Part shown: one piece after another, positions 1 through 9,747 of the stretch
Numbering within the stretch: position 1 is the first letter of the stretch
Layout of the letters: each line of letters begins with the position of its first letter
Assembly: GCA_963663765.2 (NCBI GenBank)
Contig: CAXXUA010000006.1
Coordinates: 160,001-224,000, forward strand
Direction: 5' to 3'
Length of the DNA: 64,000 nt
Origin: Candidatus Poribacteria bacterium
GTDB lineage: Bacteria > Poribacteria > WGA-4E > WGA-3G
Translations under genes and position numbers: made by a program
Notes under the pieces: model-generated
The model's database searches: none
The model's input: only the letters and a program-made list of their open reading frames with translations
What the model was told of the DNA's origin: nothing

Positions 1-555
1 CTCAGCAAATTTTACATGATCGGCCTTCCTACGCGCTGAGTGATTCTTCCAGGCTTGTATGAAGATTGGATTGGTTATGTCGCCAATGCTTTCATAGTAT
101 GTCATGAGATAGATGTTACGTGCAATGGCTGTGGCTTCAAGGTCGTCCGGTGGAAATGGCGGTATCCATTTCGCGCTCCAGTGTCCGCGTTCTTCAGTCT
201 GCAGGCGTAGTGCTTTCACAGGATTTGATTCAAGCAACTCCGCATGATAGGTTAAGGGACCATCATACGTTTTTGGTACTAGCGCAGACTGCCCGTGTAG
301 TTGATCAACTCTATCCCAATGATTACCATGCCATTCATATTCATGTCCATCATCTGGATGTGGTGGTCTGTTATACAGTTCAGGCACTTGCACATGTTCG
401 GTAGGTTGTTCGGTTTCCGTCTCCGTTTTGGGTTCTGGGTCGGCAAGTTCCTCTTTGAACTGTTTCATGTCTACATGCAAGTATATTTGCAATGCCACGA
501 AACCGACTATAAGAAGCGCGAGTCCGCCTATTGCCCACTGTAATTGTTTTGACAT
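1..555 (-). CDS. Membrane-anchored protein, paralog 1 of a constant-N/variable-C family (3' end runs off the window)
   Basis: Manual translation from ATG at 555 is open to base 1: MSKQLQWAIGGLALLIVGFVALQIYLHVDMKQFKEELADPEPKTETETE...YEWHGNHW. The N-terminus matches ORFs 11237..11839 and 13092..13784. It is absent from the ORF track because there is no stop in the window. Confidence 0.85.
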   Translation of the reverse strand, partial: MSKQLQWAIGGLALLIVGFVALQIYLHVDMKQFKEELADPEPKTETETEQPTEHVQVPELYNRPPHPDDGHEYEWHGNHWDRVDQLHGQSALVPKTYDGPLTYHAELLESNPVKALRLQTEERGHWSAKWIPPFPPDDLEATAIARNIYLMTYYESIGDITNPIFIQAWKNHSARRKADHVKFAE

Positions 556-556
556 G

Positions 557-922
557 TCAATACCCCCTTATTTGTGTGTCCCCTTGCGAACTTAATGTGT
601 CTTGTTGGCAAGGTTCGGTTAATGCGGGGTTGATGATCCCCCGGTCAGGAATAATATGGTTACCAATTTTGTCTACCTTCTGAGGACACGATATTCTTGG
701 GGTTGGACAGATAATGTATGGTTTTTCACAGTCCTGTCTTGTTATGCACTCAGGCTTGAATATGGGTATCAGACCAGACGGGGCTTCGTTTGAAAGAGTC
801 GCATCAGATAACCCATGTCCGAAGAGTGTCATAAAGCTGAAAATTGTTACCATAACAATGACAGTGAGTAAGCACTCACCCTGATAGGTGCGTATTATTT
901 TCAAAGGTCTTTTTATCATCAA
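557..922 (-). CDS. Small Cys-containing predicted membrane/secreted protein upstream of paralog 1
   Basis: 121-aa ORF with a GGAGA RBS upstream, a hydrophobic N-terminal segment and several Cys. Its 3' ~110 bp recurs upstream of paralogs 2 and 3. Confidence 0.5.
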   Translation of the reverse strand: MMIKRPLKIIRTYQGECLLTVIVMVTIFSFMTLFGHGLSDATLSNEAPSGLIPIFKPECITRQDCEKPYIICPTPRISCPQKVDKIGNHIIPDRGIINPALTEPCQQDTLSSQGDTQIRGY

Positions 923-1506
923 TTATATCTCCTGTGTATATGCACAACACAGATTAACAAGCATTGAAACATTCTCCAATGCAACAACAAAAGCCCGCGA
1001 CGAAATGTGCGGGCACGAAAATACCACAAACCGAATGCTTGCGGGAAGACTTTGTAAATAATAAATATTAACGAATGTGAATTGAAGAGGGAGGGTAATA
1101 ACTTATAGTTTAGTATAGTTAAAACAAACCTACCAAGTCCAATACGCAGATAATACCTGCTCAAAAAATTGGACCAAAAGGTGTTCACTTTACGTGTACA
1201 CTTTTTGATCTGCTGTTTCCACATATCGGTTAATCATTTTTAAATCCTCATGTGTGAGAAATAACGTATAGGAGGATGAAGGTAAATCACAGAAATACCG
1301 ACTATTTACCCTCACTAACCCTTGATCTGGTGCATTCTACCGGAGCAGATGTCCAATAAGTTTTAAACTTTACAATAGTTATAATACGACATTACAATAG
1401 TTATAATACTATATTTTCATATTAAATGTCATATTTTATTTTTCTTTTAGTCTATATGTTGCTATTTAATAATAGGGTGTTTTCTGAAAAAACAAGTTAT
1501 ATCCAC

Positions 1507-2378
1507 CAATACCTTCGCCATTTTTGAGTGCTTCAGTTGAATGAGTATATAGTGTTGATCTACCATTGCTCTGTGATATTGTTAGGATTACATAAATAAA
1601 AATTACTTCAGGTTTTCGTTGAAGTATTTTTAATTATCATAGCGTCTAATTTGACGATAGAATCTGACAGAATAATTTATATGCACAATCTGGCAGAATG
1701 TGCTACAACTGACCGCACAATCTGGAAGAATGTGCTACAACTGACCGCACAATCTGGCAGAATGTGCTACAACTGACCGCACAATCTGGAAGAATGTGCT
1801 ACAACTGACCGCACAATCTGACAGAATGTCTATTGTTGGCGATGGTATTGGTTTTCGTTGAAGTATTTTTAATTATCATAGCGTCTAATTTGACAATAGA
1901 AATGACTATATCAACAATCTGTCAGAATAATTTATATGCGCAATCTGTCAGAATGTGCTACAACTGACCGCACAATCTGACAGAATGTCTATTATTGGCC
2001 AGGGTTTTTTAGTTTTCAATATTTTTGATATTATTTTGCTATGTCGTTAATTTTATGGGGTACCATCTTGTCCAGTTCTTTAGTCCCGTAGGGACGATAT
2101 GTTTATAGAAAATGTTTTCCACCCCAATTGAGTTCCATAGGAACGACATAGAAGAATAAACATATCGTCCCTACGGGACTAAAGAACTGTGGATGGTATT
2201 CGTTTTCTATAAACATATCGTCCCTACGGGACTAAAGAGCGATGTTAATTTTTCAATAATCTAAAACTTATGCAGAAAGTTCGGTTAGGAAACCGAACCT
2301 GGGTATAATCTTTCAGTAAATCTCAATAACAGAAAACTCTTAAAACTAAATAACCCTGTATTATTGGCGAAGGTATTG
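1507..2378. mobile_element. MITE with 14-bp TIR CAATACCTTCGCCA/TGGCGAAGGTATTG carrying 32-bp tandem repeats, copy 1 (internal partial duplication and a nested MITE)
   Basis: TIRs at 1507 and 2365-2378; ATCCAC duplicated at 1501-1506 and 2379-2384; about 4.6 + 1.6 units of GCACAATCTGGAAGAATGTGCTACAACTGACC. Confidence 0.8.
2000..2358. mobile_element. CAGGG..CCCTG-ended MITE (ISAs1-like ends) containing GTCCCGTAGGGAC REP-like palindromes
   Basis: Ends CAGGGTTTTTTAGTTTT / AAAACTAAATAACCCTG; 10-bp duplication TATTATTGGC at 1990-1999 and 2359-2368. Confidence 0.8.
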
Positions 2379-2634
2379 ATCCACAGAACTTCAGAGTTTT
2401 TCAGATTTCGATTTTCTGAGTAAATTTTATCACAGACGTTGGTCCATCGGTTTGCTTATTTTTAGTCGTTATCGCATTCTTTGTCTGAACCATGTTGACA
2501 AAAACTATACACGTTTGAAAAAGTGTATTGAGTTGCAAGTTGAATTGTGATAAATTATTGCTTTGTTAAAAATATTGGTAAACGTCTAACAGTGTTGACG
2601 GGTGTGTAAAGTTTTTGCACAGAGGTACTAACTT

Positions 2635-2921
2635 GTGTTCTCTTTAGTCCCGCAGGGACGCAATGTTTATAGAAAGACGTTATCACATCCCCTCTCTTTA
2701 GTTCCGTAGTAACGACATAGAAGGATAAACATATCGTCCCTAATGAAGATTAATAAATACTTTGGGTAATTCTACTAATCCGGCTACAATCTGAAAAATA
2801 TTTATTACCCGATTAATAAATTAATCTTCTTATGGGTCTAAAGAACTAGACAAGATGGTATCCCATAAAATTAACGACATAGCAAGATAATACCAAAAAT
2901 ATTGAAAACTAAATAACCCTG
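2635..2921. repeat. Partial inverted copy of the CAGGG MITE with REP-like palindromes
   Basis: 2835-2921 is an approximate reverse complement of 2000-2085; TAGTCCCGCAGGGAC motif near 2646. Confidence 0.6.
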
Positions 2922-3052
2922 CCCCATCGTTAACTAATATTGACATTCATTATAGTATTCTGGTATCCTATATTAAAAATCATAAACGTCAATTTTCTGA
3001 ATCTATTTTTACACTTGACAAAAAACTGTCCACATTAGGAAACAAATAACTT

Positions 3053-3769
3053 ATGTTTGGTGAAATTAGAAACGAACACGGTGAACGTCTTGACTATACA
3101 TATCAAAAAGGCAAAGACAACAGAATTGTAGTGATTGGTCACGGAGTCACAGGCAATAAAGATAGACCTGCTCTCATCGCTTTAGCAGAAGGTCTCACTG
3201 ATGCTGGTCTTTCCGCATTGCGATTCTCATTCTCTGGCAACGGTGAATCGGAAGGAACATTTTCTGACTCCACTATCACAAAAGAGGTTGCGGACCTCGG
3301 TTGCATTTTAGATAAGCTCAGAGAACACAAAGTCTGCTACGTTGGTCATAGTATGGGAGGCGCAGTCGGTGTGCTACGTGCTGCATCCGATGAACGCATC
3401 CAAGTACTTGTGTCGCTTGCAGGCATGGTGCATACAAAAGCATTTGCTGACCGAGAATTCGGTGATATTACACCTAACAGCGGATTTATGTGGGATGATC
3501 CCGAATGTCCCCTATCACAAACCTATATGGACGACATGGCAGCGATCGACAGTGTCGCAAAACACGCAAGTAAATTTGCTATCCCCTGGCTATTAGTTCA
3601 CGGTTCAGAGGATGACATCGTGCCAGTCCAAGATAGCATTGACATCCTAAAATACGCAAATGAACCAACAGAACTCCTTCAACTCCCCGGCGTAGACCAT
3701 GTCTTTTCAGATGATGGCACACCCATCATGGTTGAAAAAGTTGTCGCGTGGATTAACAAAAAACTGTAA
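3053..3769 (+). CDS. Alpha/beta hydrolase (esterase-like)
   Basis: GHSMGG nucleophile elbow, HGSEDDIVP and DH motifs, 238 aa. Confidence 0.9.
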   Translation: MFGEIRNEHGERLDYTYQKGKDNRIVVIGHGVTGNKDRPALIALAEGLTDAGLSALRFSFSGNGESEGTFSDSTITKEVADLGCILDKLREHKVCYVGHSMGGAVGVLRAASDERIQVLVSLAGMVHTKAFADREFGDITPNSGFMWDDPECPLSQTYMDDMAAIDSVAKHASKFAIPWLLVHGSEDDIVPVQDSIDILKYANEPTELLQLPGVDHVFSDDGTPIMVEKVVAWINKKL

Positions 3770-3789
3770 ATACAATTTTTCATATACGA

Positions 3790-4635
3790 ATGTATCGGAG
3801 TCTTTATATTATGCCATCACCACGTCTCTCAGTCTCAACATGGAGTTTGCATCGACAACTCGGTAAACCCGGTTTCACCAGTCCAGTTCATGACATGCAA
3901 ATCCCTACTGAAACCCACAATAAAGGTCCCATCTCACTGCTGGACTTACCATCACGCATTGCGGAATTCGGCATAAACACTGTAGAGATTTGCCATTTTC
4001 ACCTACCATCCATAGAACAGTCTTACTTGCATGAACTCCGTGCTGCACTTCAAAATGCCAATGTTGAACTTTTCTCTTTGCTTATTGATGATGGTGACAT
4101 TACACACGCTAATAACGCAGAACGAGACATCACATGGATAGAAAAATGGATTGACATTGCAGGGGAACTCGATGCAAGTTGTGCACGCGTCATCGGGGGC
4201 AAAGCAACACCGTCTGATGAAACATTAGCACAAAGTCAACATGCCCTCTCCCGATTAACCGATCGCGCACAAACTGCTGGAATTCGCTTAATGACAGAAA
4301 ATTGGTTCTCCATTTTCTCAACACCTAAAAATGTCAACACTATATTAGACAGGTTGGATGGAAAAGTTGGCTTATGTCTTGACTTCGGCAACTGGCGTGG
4401 CGATACAAAATACACTGACCTTGCTGCAATCGCACCGAAAGCAGAATCGTGTCATACCAAAGCACATTTTGCTGCCCCGCGCGAAATAGACGAAGAAGAT
4501 TATATCCAATGCCTTGAACTTACCCAAAATGCGGGTTTTGCCGGACCGCATACCCTTATCTACGATGGACCGGATGATAACGAATGGGAAGGCTTAACCA
4601 TTGAACGCGAGGTCGTAAACCCATATCTCAACTAA
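3790..4635 (+). CDS. Sugar phosphate isomerase/epimerase family TIM-barrel protein
   Basis: Metal-ligand pattern LMTEN, CLDFGN, CHTK. Confidence 0.8.
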   Translation: MYRSLYIMPSPRLSVSTWSLHRQLGKPGFTSPVHDMQIPTETHNKGPISLLDLPSRIAEFGINTVEICHFHLPSIEQSYLHELRAALQNANVELFSLLIDDGDITHANNAERDITWIEKWIDIAGELDASCARVIGGKATPSDETLAQSQHALSRLTDRAQTAGIRLMTENWFSIFSTPKNVNTILDRLDGKVGLCLDFGNWRGDTKYTDLAAIAPKAESCHTKAHFAAPREIDEEDYIQCLELTQNAGFAGPHTLIYDGPDDNEWEGLTIEREVVNPYLN

Positions 4636-4718
4636 TGCAGTACCTACGCAAAATAGTAAGTACACTTTGATAAAGATTAATTTATTAAACGGGTAATCAT
4701 ATATTTTTCACTCGGTTG

Positions 4719-4812
4719 ACGGGGAATGCCAAAAGGCATTCATACCCGGGGACTGCCAAAAGGCATTCATACCGTTGATTTCTTGATTTCTTGATTTCTT
4801 GATTTCTTGATT
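4719..4812. repeat. GAATGCC-N4-GGCATTCATACC hairpin repeat (x2) followed by a (TTGATTTC)n microsatellite
   Basis: The same hairpin occurs near 6386, 25501, 26619, 27002 (x2) and inverted at 63976; about five 8-bp units at 4774-4812. Confidence 0.7.
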
Positions 4813-4847
4813 TGGTGCTTTGTAAGCGCGCTGATATGTCAAAACCC

Positions 4848-4984
4848 AATGAAGTTTGACAATCAAAATCGGTAGTTGAATTCGTAGGGGTTGGGTTCCC
4901 CAACCCGGTTGGTTTTTGAGTTTGCATAGATCTTGTATGGAAACCACGCCCCTACGAATACACAACTTGAACCTCAAAACTCAT
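4848..4984. mobile_element. Small element with imperfect TIR AATGAAGTTTGAC/CTCAAAACTCATT and an internal GTAGGGG..CCCCTAC REP pair
   Basis: Lies between the left target copy (4827-4847) and the left end of the 141-bp MITE. Confidence 0.5.
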
Positions 4985-5125
4985 TAGGTGTCAACTTAAG
5001 AAAATATTGTTTGCATTTTCTCTTGTGGGAGGGGTTTTCAACCCCGATTTGAGCGGAAATGCACTAAAATATCGGGGTTGAAAACCCCTCACACAAGAGG
5101 TTAAAATCCTTAAGTTGACACCTAT
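4985..5125. mobile_element. 141-bp MITE (TIR ATAGGTGTCAACTTAAG), degenerate copy
   Basis: TIRs present; internal GTGGGAGGGG..CCCCTC hairpin; imperfect 21-bp duplication at 4827-4847 and 5126-5146. Confidence 0.8.
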
Positions 5126-5309
5126 AGCACTGATATGTCAAAACCTAACAGCGCGCTTACAAAGCACGCCTACCGTGGCTGGATTAGGAGAAATACCTAA
5201 TTTATTTATTAATCTTCATGTAAGAGCGTTGGAATAACACAATTCTATAACTGTTATGTATAGTTTGATCGTATGGGAGTACACTATTAGACTTGGAGAC
5301 TGAAGATAA

Positions 5310-6271
5310 ATGCATAACGAATTTATCTCAATGATGACAGAACGCATAGTACAAGATTTTGATCCCGTGCAAATTATCCTATTCGGTTCGCATGCACGAG
5401 AAGACGCTGATCAACATAGTGACATAGATCTACTTGTTGTTTTTGACGAACTATCGGATAAACGGAGAACGGCAATTGATATAATGAATGCCTTGTCTGA
5501 CTTACCCATCGCAAAGGACATCATTGTCTCAACACCTGAAGAACTTGAACGCAGCCGCACGCGAATCGGATCAGTCCTACGTTACGCACAACAGGAAGGT
5601 AAAATTCTTTGGAAGAGTTGGAACGCAGCTCCATCCGAATCATCTCAGTTTAGTGGTCTATACGAAAAGCAAGAAAACACAGATATACATACAAATGATC
5701 GACTCGAAGATACCTCCAGATGGCTACGCTATGCAGAGGAAGATTTGATCACTGCTGAAACATTCTTAGGACATCCGCACGTGCCACCTCGCCAGTCATG
5801 TTGGTTAGCACAACAAGCAGCAGAAAAAGCGTTAAAAGCAGCATTAATTTTCTTACAAATTGATTTTCGTAGAACACATGACTTGGTTGAACTGCGGGAC
5901 ATGTTTCCTGAGAGTTGCCAACTCAAAAAAATAAATCCAAACATGTCGAATCTAACCCGTTGGGTAGTGGAAGCCAGATACCCATAGGTGTCAACTTAAG
6001 AAAAAAGTGTTGGCATATTCTCTTGTGGGAGGGGTTTTTAACCCCGATTTGAGCGGAAAAGCGCATAAAATCGGGGTTGAAAACCCCTCCCACAAGAGGT
6101 AAAAATCCTTAAGTTGAGACCTATGGGTAGTTGAAGCCAGATACCCGGAGAAAATACAAGATGCTACCGAAACAGAAGCGTCCAATGCTGTCGAACAAGC
6201 GCATGCTATATGGGAATCTGTAGCTACTGCGCTCGTAGAACACGGTTTTTCACTATAACAATCAGGAGTAA
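5310..6271 (+). pseudogene. Nucleotidyltransferase (MNT)-HEPN fusion, HEPN C-terminus cut off by a MITE
   Basis: LFGSHAR..SDIDLLVV (MNT); QQAAEKALKA, RTHDL, EARYP (HEPN). The MITE at 5984 creates TAG, and the frame resumes at 6125 (WVVEARYPEKIQDATETEA...QE*, end about 6271). Confidence 0.85.
5984..6124. mobile_element. 141-bp MITE with 22-bp target duplication
   Basis: TIR ATAGGTGTCAACTTAAG / CTTAAGTTGAGACCTAT; GGGTAGT(G/T)GAAGCCAGATACCC at 5962-5983 and 6125-6146. Confidence 0.92.
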
Positions 6272-6278
6272 CGATTCA

Positions 6279-6742
6279 CGAGTTGTGCTAAAAAACTATA
6301 TGTTAACCATTGTTTCACATAAGCATGACGTTTTGCAGGTGTCCTTCATAGTTTGAAACGATCTTCAGTCCCGACAAATGCCATACGGGGAATGCCTTAA
6401 TGGCATTCATACCGTTGATTTGGCGCATTTGGCGTTGATTTGGTAGGGACGATATGTTTATAGAAAAACGTCATAGTACATCCTCTTTAGTCCCGTAGGG
6501 ACGATATGTTTATAGATAACGAATACCCTTCCCAGTTCTTTAGTCCCGTAGGGACGATATGTTTATTCTTCTATGTCGTTCCTACGGAACTCTATTGGGG
6601 TTGAAAACATTTTCTATAAACATATCGTTCCTACGGAACTAAAGACATGGACAAGAGGGTATTACAAAATATTAACGGTATAACAAAATACTATCAAAAA
6701 TATTAAAAACTGAATAACCTTGTGAAAACTGCGTAAGTCCTG
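6279..6742. repeat. Composite repeat (unique block + GAATGCC hairpin + GTAGGGAC palindromes + MITE ends), homologous to 26896-27364
   Basis: CGAGTTGTGCTAAA...CCTTCATAGTTTGAAACGATCTTCAGTCCCG is shared by both loci; ends in AAAACTGAATAACC and TGCGTAAGTCCTG termini. Confidence 0.7.
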
Positions 6743-6789
6743 ACAAGGAGTTATCGCGCGGTCGGCATCTTAAGTAAGGATACAGTTAT

Positions 6790-7632
6790 ATGTTCTCACT
6801 ATCAAAAACACAATACAGCCTAACTATCGCTTGGAATGACCAGCAAGTCTTAGGATACCATTTTCCTAAAGATGGCAACCGTCCCTTTTGCCATCCATTG
6901 AACCTACCCGGAGCACCTACACTCACTATGAATGAACCGGGGGATCACGTCCATCATCAGGGATTATGGGTCGCGTGGAAAATGGTAAACGATGTTAACT
7001 TCTGGGAACAACCCGCACCAGGTGCTGACCCCACAGGGTTCGGTAAGATCGTTCACAAGCGGATTATATCACTAAATACGACTACCGACCGCGCAAGCAT
7101 AACAACAGAAAACGCATGGATTGATTGGCAAGGTATAACCCATCTGACAGAACACCGAAAAATTACCGTCCATGCACCTTCTGAAGATACTATGCACATT
7201 TCTGTAGGATTGACACTCCGTCCAAACCAACGTGAGGTAGTGCTTGATCTACGGCGCGGTGACCCAGGCGGTATGGGTAGATACTACAGCGGTTTGGCTA
7301 TTCGATTTGACAATATCATCACACCGGGTAAGTTATTAGACGCTGACGGTCGCACCGAACCAATGGAGATTTTCGGTAAACAAAGCAAATGGTGTAGTTT
7401 CACTTCACAACACCCGACCGACAACGAAACCTACGGTATCGCAATCGTTGACCATCCAGATAATCCTCGCCATCCAACACCATGGTGGGTACGCAACCGA
7501 GAAAACTACTGCTTAATTCATCCTTCCCCTGTCTATCATCAACCGATCCACCTTACCCCTGATGAGAACCTGACTTTGCGGTATCGTGTTGTTCTTTACC
7601 GCGGACAACCGAATGCAGAAGTTTTTGAGTAG
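6790..7632 (+). CDS. DUF6807/PmoA-like family protein
   Basis: RPFCHPL, DHVHHQGLW, NFW, YSGLAIR and DHPDNPRHPTPW motifs typical of this beta-sandwich family. Confidence 0.75.
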   Translation: MFSLSKTQYSLTIAWNDQQVLGYHFPKDGNRPFCHPLNLPGAPTLTMNEPGDHVHHQGLWVAWKMVNDVNFWEQPAPGADPTGFGKIVHKRIISLNTTTDRASITTENAWIDWQGITHLTEHRKITVHAPSEDTMHISVGLTLRPNQREVVLDLRRGDPGGMGRYYSGLAIRFDNIITPGKLLDADGRTEPMEIFGKQSKWCSFTSQHPTDNETYGIAIVDHPDNPRHPTPWWVRNRENYCLIHPSPVYHQPIHLTPDENLTLRYRVVLYRGQPNAEVFE

Positions 7633-7652
7633 AGGGACTAACATTCTAATAA

Positions 7653-8716
7653 TACCAATTCAAATAAATCTTGTCTCATTATGGAATTATACTGTTTACT
7701 GCCAGGGGGTTACTCTCTTCGGTAGGAGCGACATCACGGTCGCGACCGGGAGGTCGCTCCTACCAGATTTCCGCTGCTAATTAGACATTATCACATGAAA
7801 ATAGTATCATACCGATTCAAATAAATCTTGTCTCATTATGGAATTATACTGTTTACTGCCAGGGGGTTACTCTCTTCGGTAGGAGCGACATCACGGTCGC
7901 GACCGGGAGGTCGCTCCTACCAGATTTCCGCTGCTAATTAGACATTATCACATGAAAATAGTATCATACCGATTCAAATAAATCTTGTCTCATTATGGAA
8001 TTCTAATGTTTACTGGCACGGGGTTACCCTCTTCGGTAGGAGCGACCTCCTGGTCGCGACAGTGAGGTCGCTCATACCAGATTTCCGCTGCTAATGAGAC
8101 ATTATCATACCGATTCAAATAAATCTTGTCTCATTATGGAATTATAATGTTTACTGCCAGGGGTTCACTCTCTTCGGTAGGAGCGACCTCCTGGTCGCGA
8201 CAGTGAGGTCGCTCCTACCAGATTTCCGCTGCAAATGAGACATTATCACATGCAAATGGTATCATACCGATTCAAATAAATCTTGTCTCATTATGGAATT
8301 CTAATGTTTACTGGCACGGGGTTACCCTCTTCGGTAGGAGCGACATCACGGTCGCGACCGGGAGGTCGCTCCTACCAGATTTCCGCTGCTAATTAGACAT
8401 TATCACATGAAAATAGTATCATACCGATTCAAATAAATCTTGTCTCATTATGGAATTCTAATGTTTACTGGCACGGGGTTACCCTCTTCGGTAGGAGCGA
8501 CCTCCTGGTCGCGACAGTGAGGTCGCTCATACCAGATTTCCGCTGCTAATGAGACATTATCATACCAATTCAAATAAATCTTGTCTCATTATGGAATTAT
8601 ACTGTTTACTGCCAGGGGTTCACTCTCTTCGGTAGGAGCGACCTCCTGGTCGCGACAGTGAGGTCGCTCATACCAGATTTCCGCTGCAAATGAGACATTA
8701 TCACATGGAAATGGAA
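7653..8716. repeat. Head-to-tail array of 7 copies of a ~154-bp MITE (TACCAATTC..GAAAATGGTA) with an internal GTAGGAGCGAC..GTCGCTCCTAC hairpin
   Basis: Units start near 7653, 7810, 7967, 8108, 8265, 8422 and 8563 (periods 157 or 141 bp), joined by TCA; solo copies at 55715, 58329 and 63648. Confidence 0.9.
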
Positions 8717-8789
8717 TAAATCCACTATAAAAGAAAAATTCAAACAAATAAATATTTATGAGCTACACTGATGATATTTTGACAAACAT

Positions 8790-9362
8790 TTAGTTCCACC
8801 TATCACCCGACAAGTTATTTGTTAACGGAGCACGTGAGTTGTTAGGCAGTATCTCTGTTCTCCGTATGTGAGCATAATGTATCCAGGACTGGACGATATA
8901 AGGTCCCTCGATCCAACTGTAAATTTTGGAAAATCCACATGCGACGTTATCGTATAGTCTTGGCGGGATTGTGCGGGGATCGTAGTGTTTACCGGGGGGT
9001 CTTGGATATGTTGGTAACAAAATACCTAAAAGTCCAGAACGGGTGTTGTATTCTGTCTGACGTATACTGGAGCTTATCCCCCAATCCACCGATTTCTGTT
9101 GCCATGTATTAGCACCGATCAACACGACAGTCACTGTAGAATCCCGGAGATATTTATCACGTATGTGCTGACGAATGCGTTCTGTTGAGAATGTCGTACT
9201 ATCAAAGTCTCCTATTTTGTTAGACCTTGACACTATGATGCCGTAGACATCTAAAAACAATTCTTCAAATCGTTCCTGATACTGCCGATCTTCAGTATGG
9301 CAGAAGTTGATAAATACTTTGTGTTGATTATTCATTTGATTTTTTGTTTGTTGAATATTCAA
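8790..9362 (-). CDS. TIR-like domain protein (DUF1863/Thoeris ThsB-like)
   Basis: HKVFINFCH, IRDKYLRDSTVTVVLIG..TW, VDWGISSS, GLLGILLP, PPRLYDN. Confidence 0.8.
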   Translation of the reverse strand: MNIQQTKNQMNNQHKVFINFCHTEDRQYQERFEELFLDVYGIIVSRSNKIGDFDSTTFSTERIRQHIRDKYLRDSTVTVVLIGANTWQQKSVDWGISSSIRQTEYNTRSGLLGILLPTYPRPPGKHYDPRTIPPRLYDNVACGFSKIYSWIEGPYIVQSWIHYAHIRRTEILPNNSRAPLTNNLSGDRWN

Positions 9363-9747
9363 ATATATGTTTGTGAAATAGGTTCACACTTCATAATTAA
9401 AGACACAGTTTTATATCGCAAAGGGTGCATAAAGCATAAAATATTTGAATTTTATCTAAAGATTGGTGAAAAAACGCAGAAAAATAACAAACCAAGCGAA
9501 AATTACTGGCAAGGTGTTCCGCTTGAGAAAGATCTTGCTAATATTATGCGTAAACGTGAATACAATCCCGAAATGTCTATTGATGAAATTACAAAAGTGT
9601 ATAAGTAATTATAGAGTTCACTAAAAGAAGGGGGTAATTGCACTTATTAACAACTTTTCAAGTCCAAAACGACTTATTCCGAAGAAAAAAGGCAGATACC
9701 CAAAAAGGATACCTGCCTATGTGAAAAACAACTATAGATTCACTTTG

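Noticed and set aside
919-1224. 101-aa minus-strand ORF
   Set aside because: No RBS or recognisable motif, and it lies in AT-rich upstream DNA; probably spurious.
7653-8716. Integron attC cassette array or CRISPR-like array
   Set aside because: There is no variable cargo between units, and each unit equals the solo MITE.
8790-9362. Complete Thoeris system
   Set aside because: No ThsA (SIR2/Macro/SLOG) gene nearby.
9297-9608. 103-aa plus-strand ORF
   Set aside because: It overlaps the TIR gene start, and the homologous copies at 12622 and 14632 do not keep the frame.
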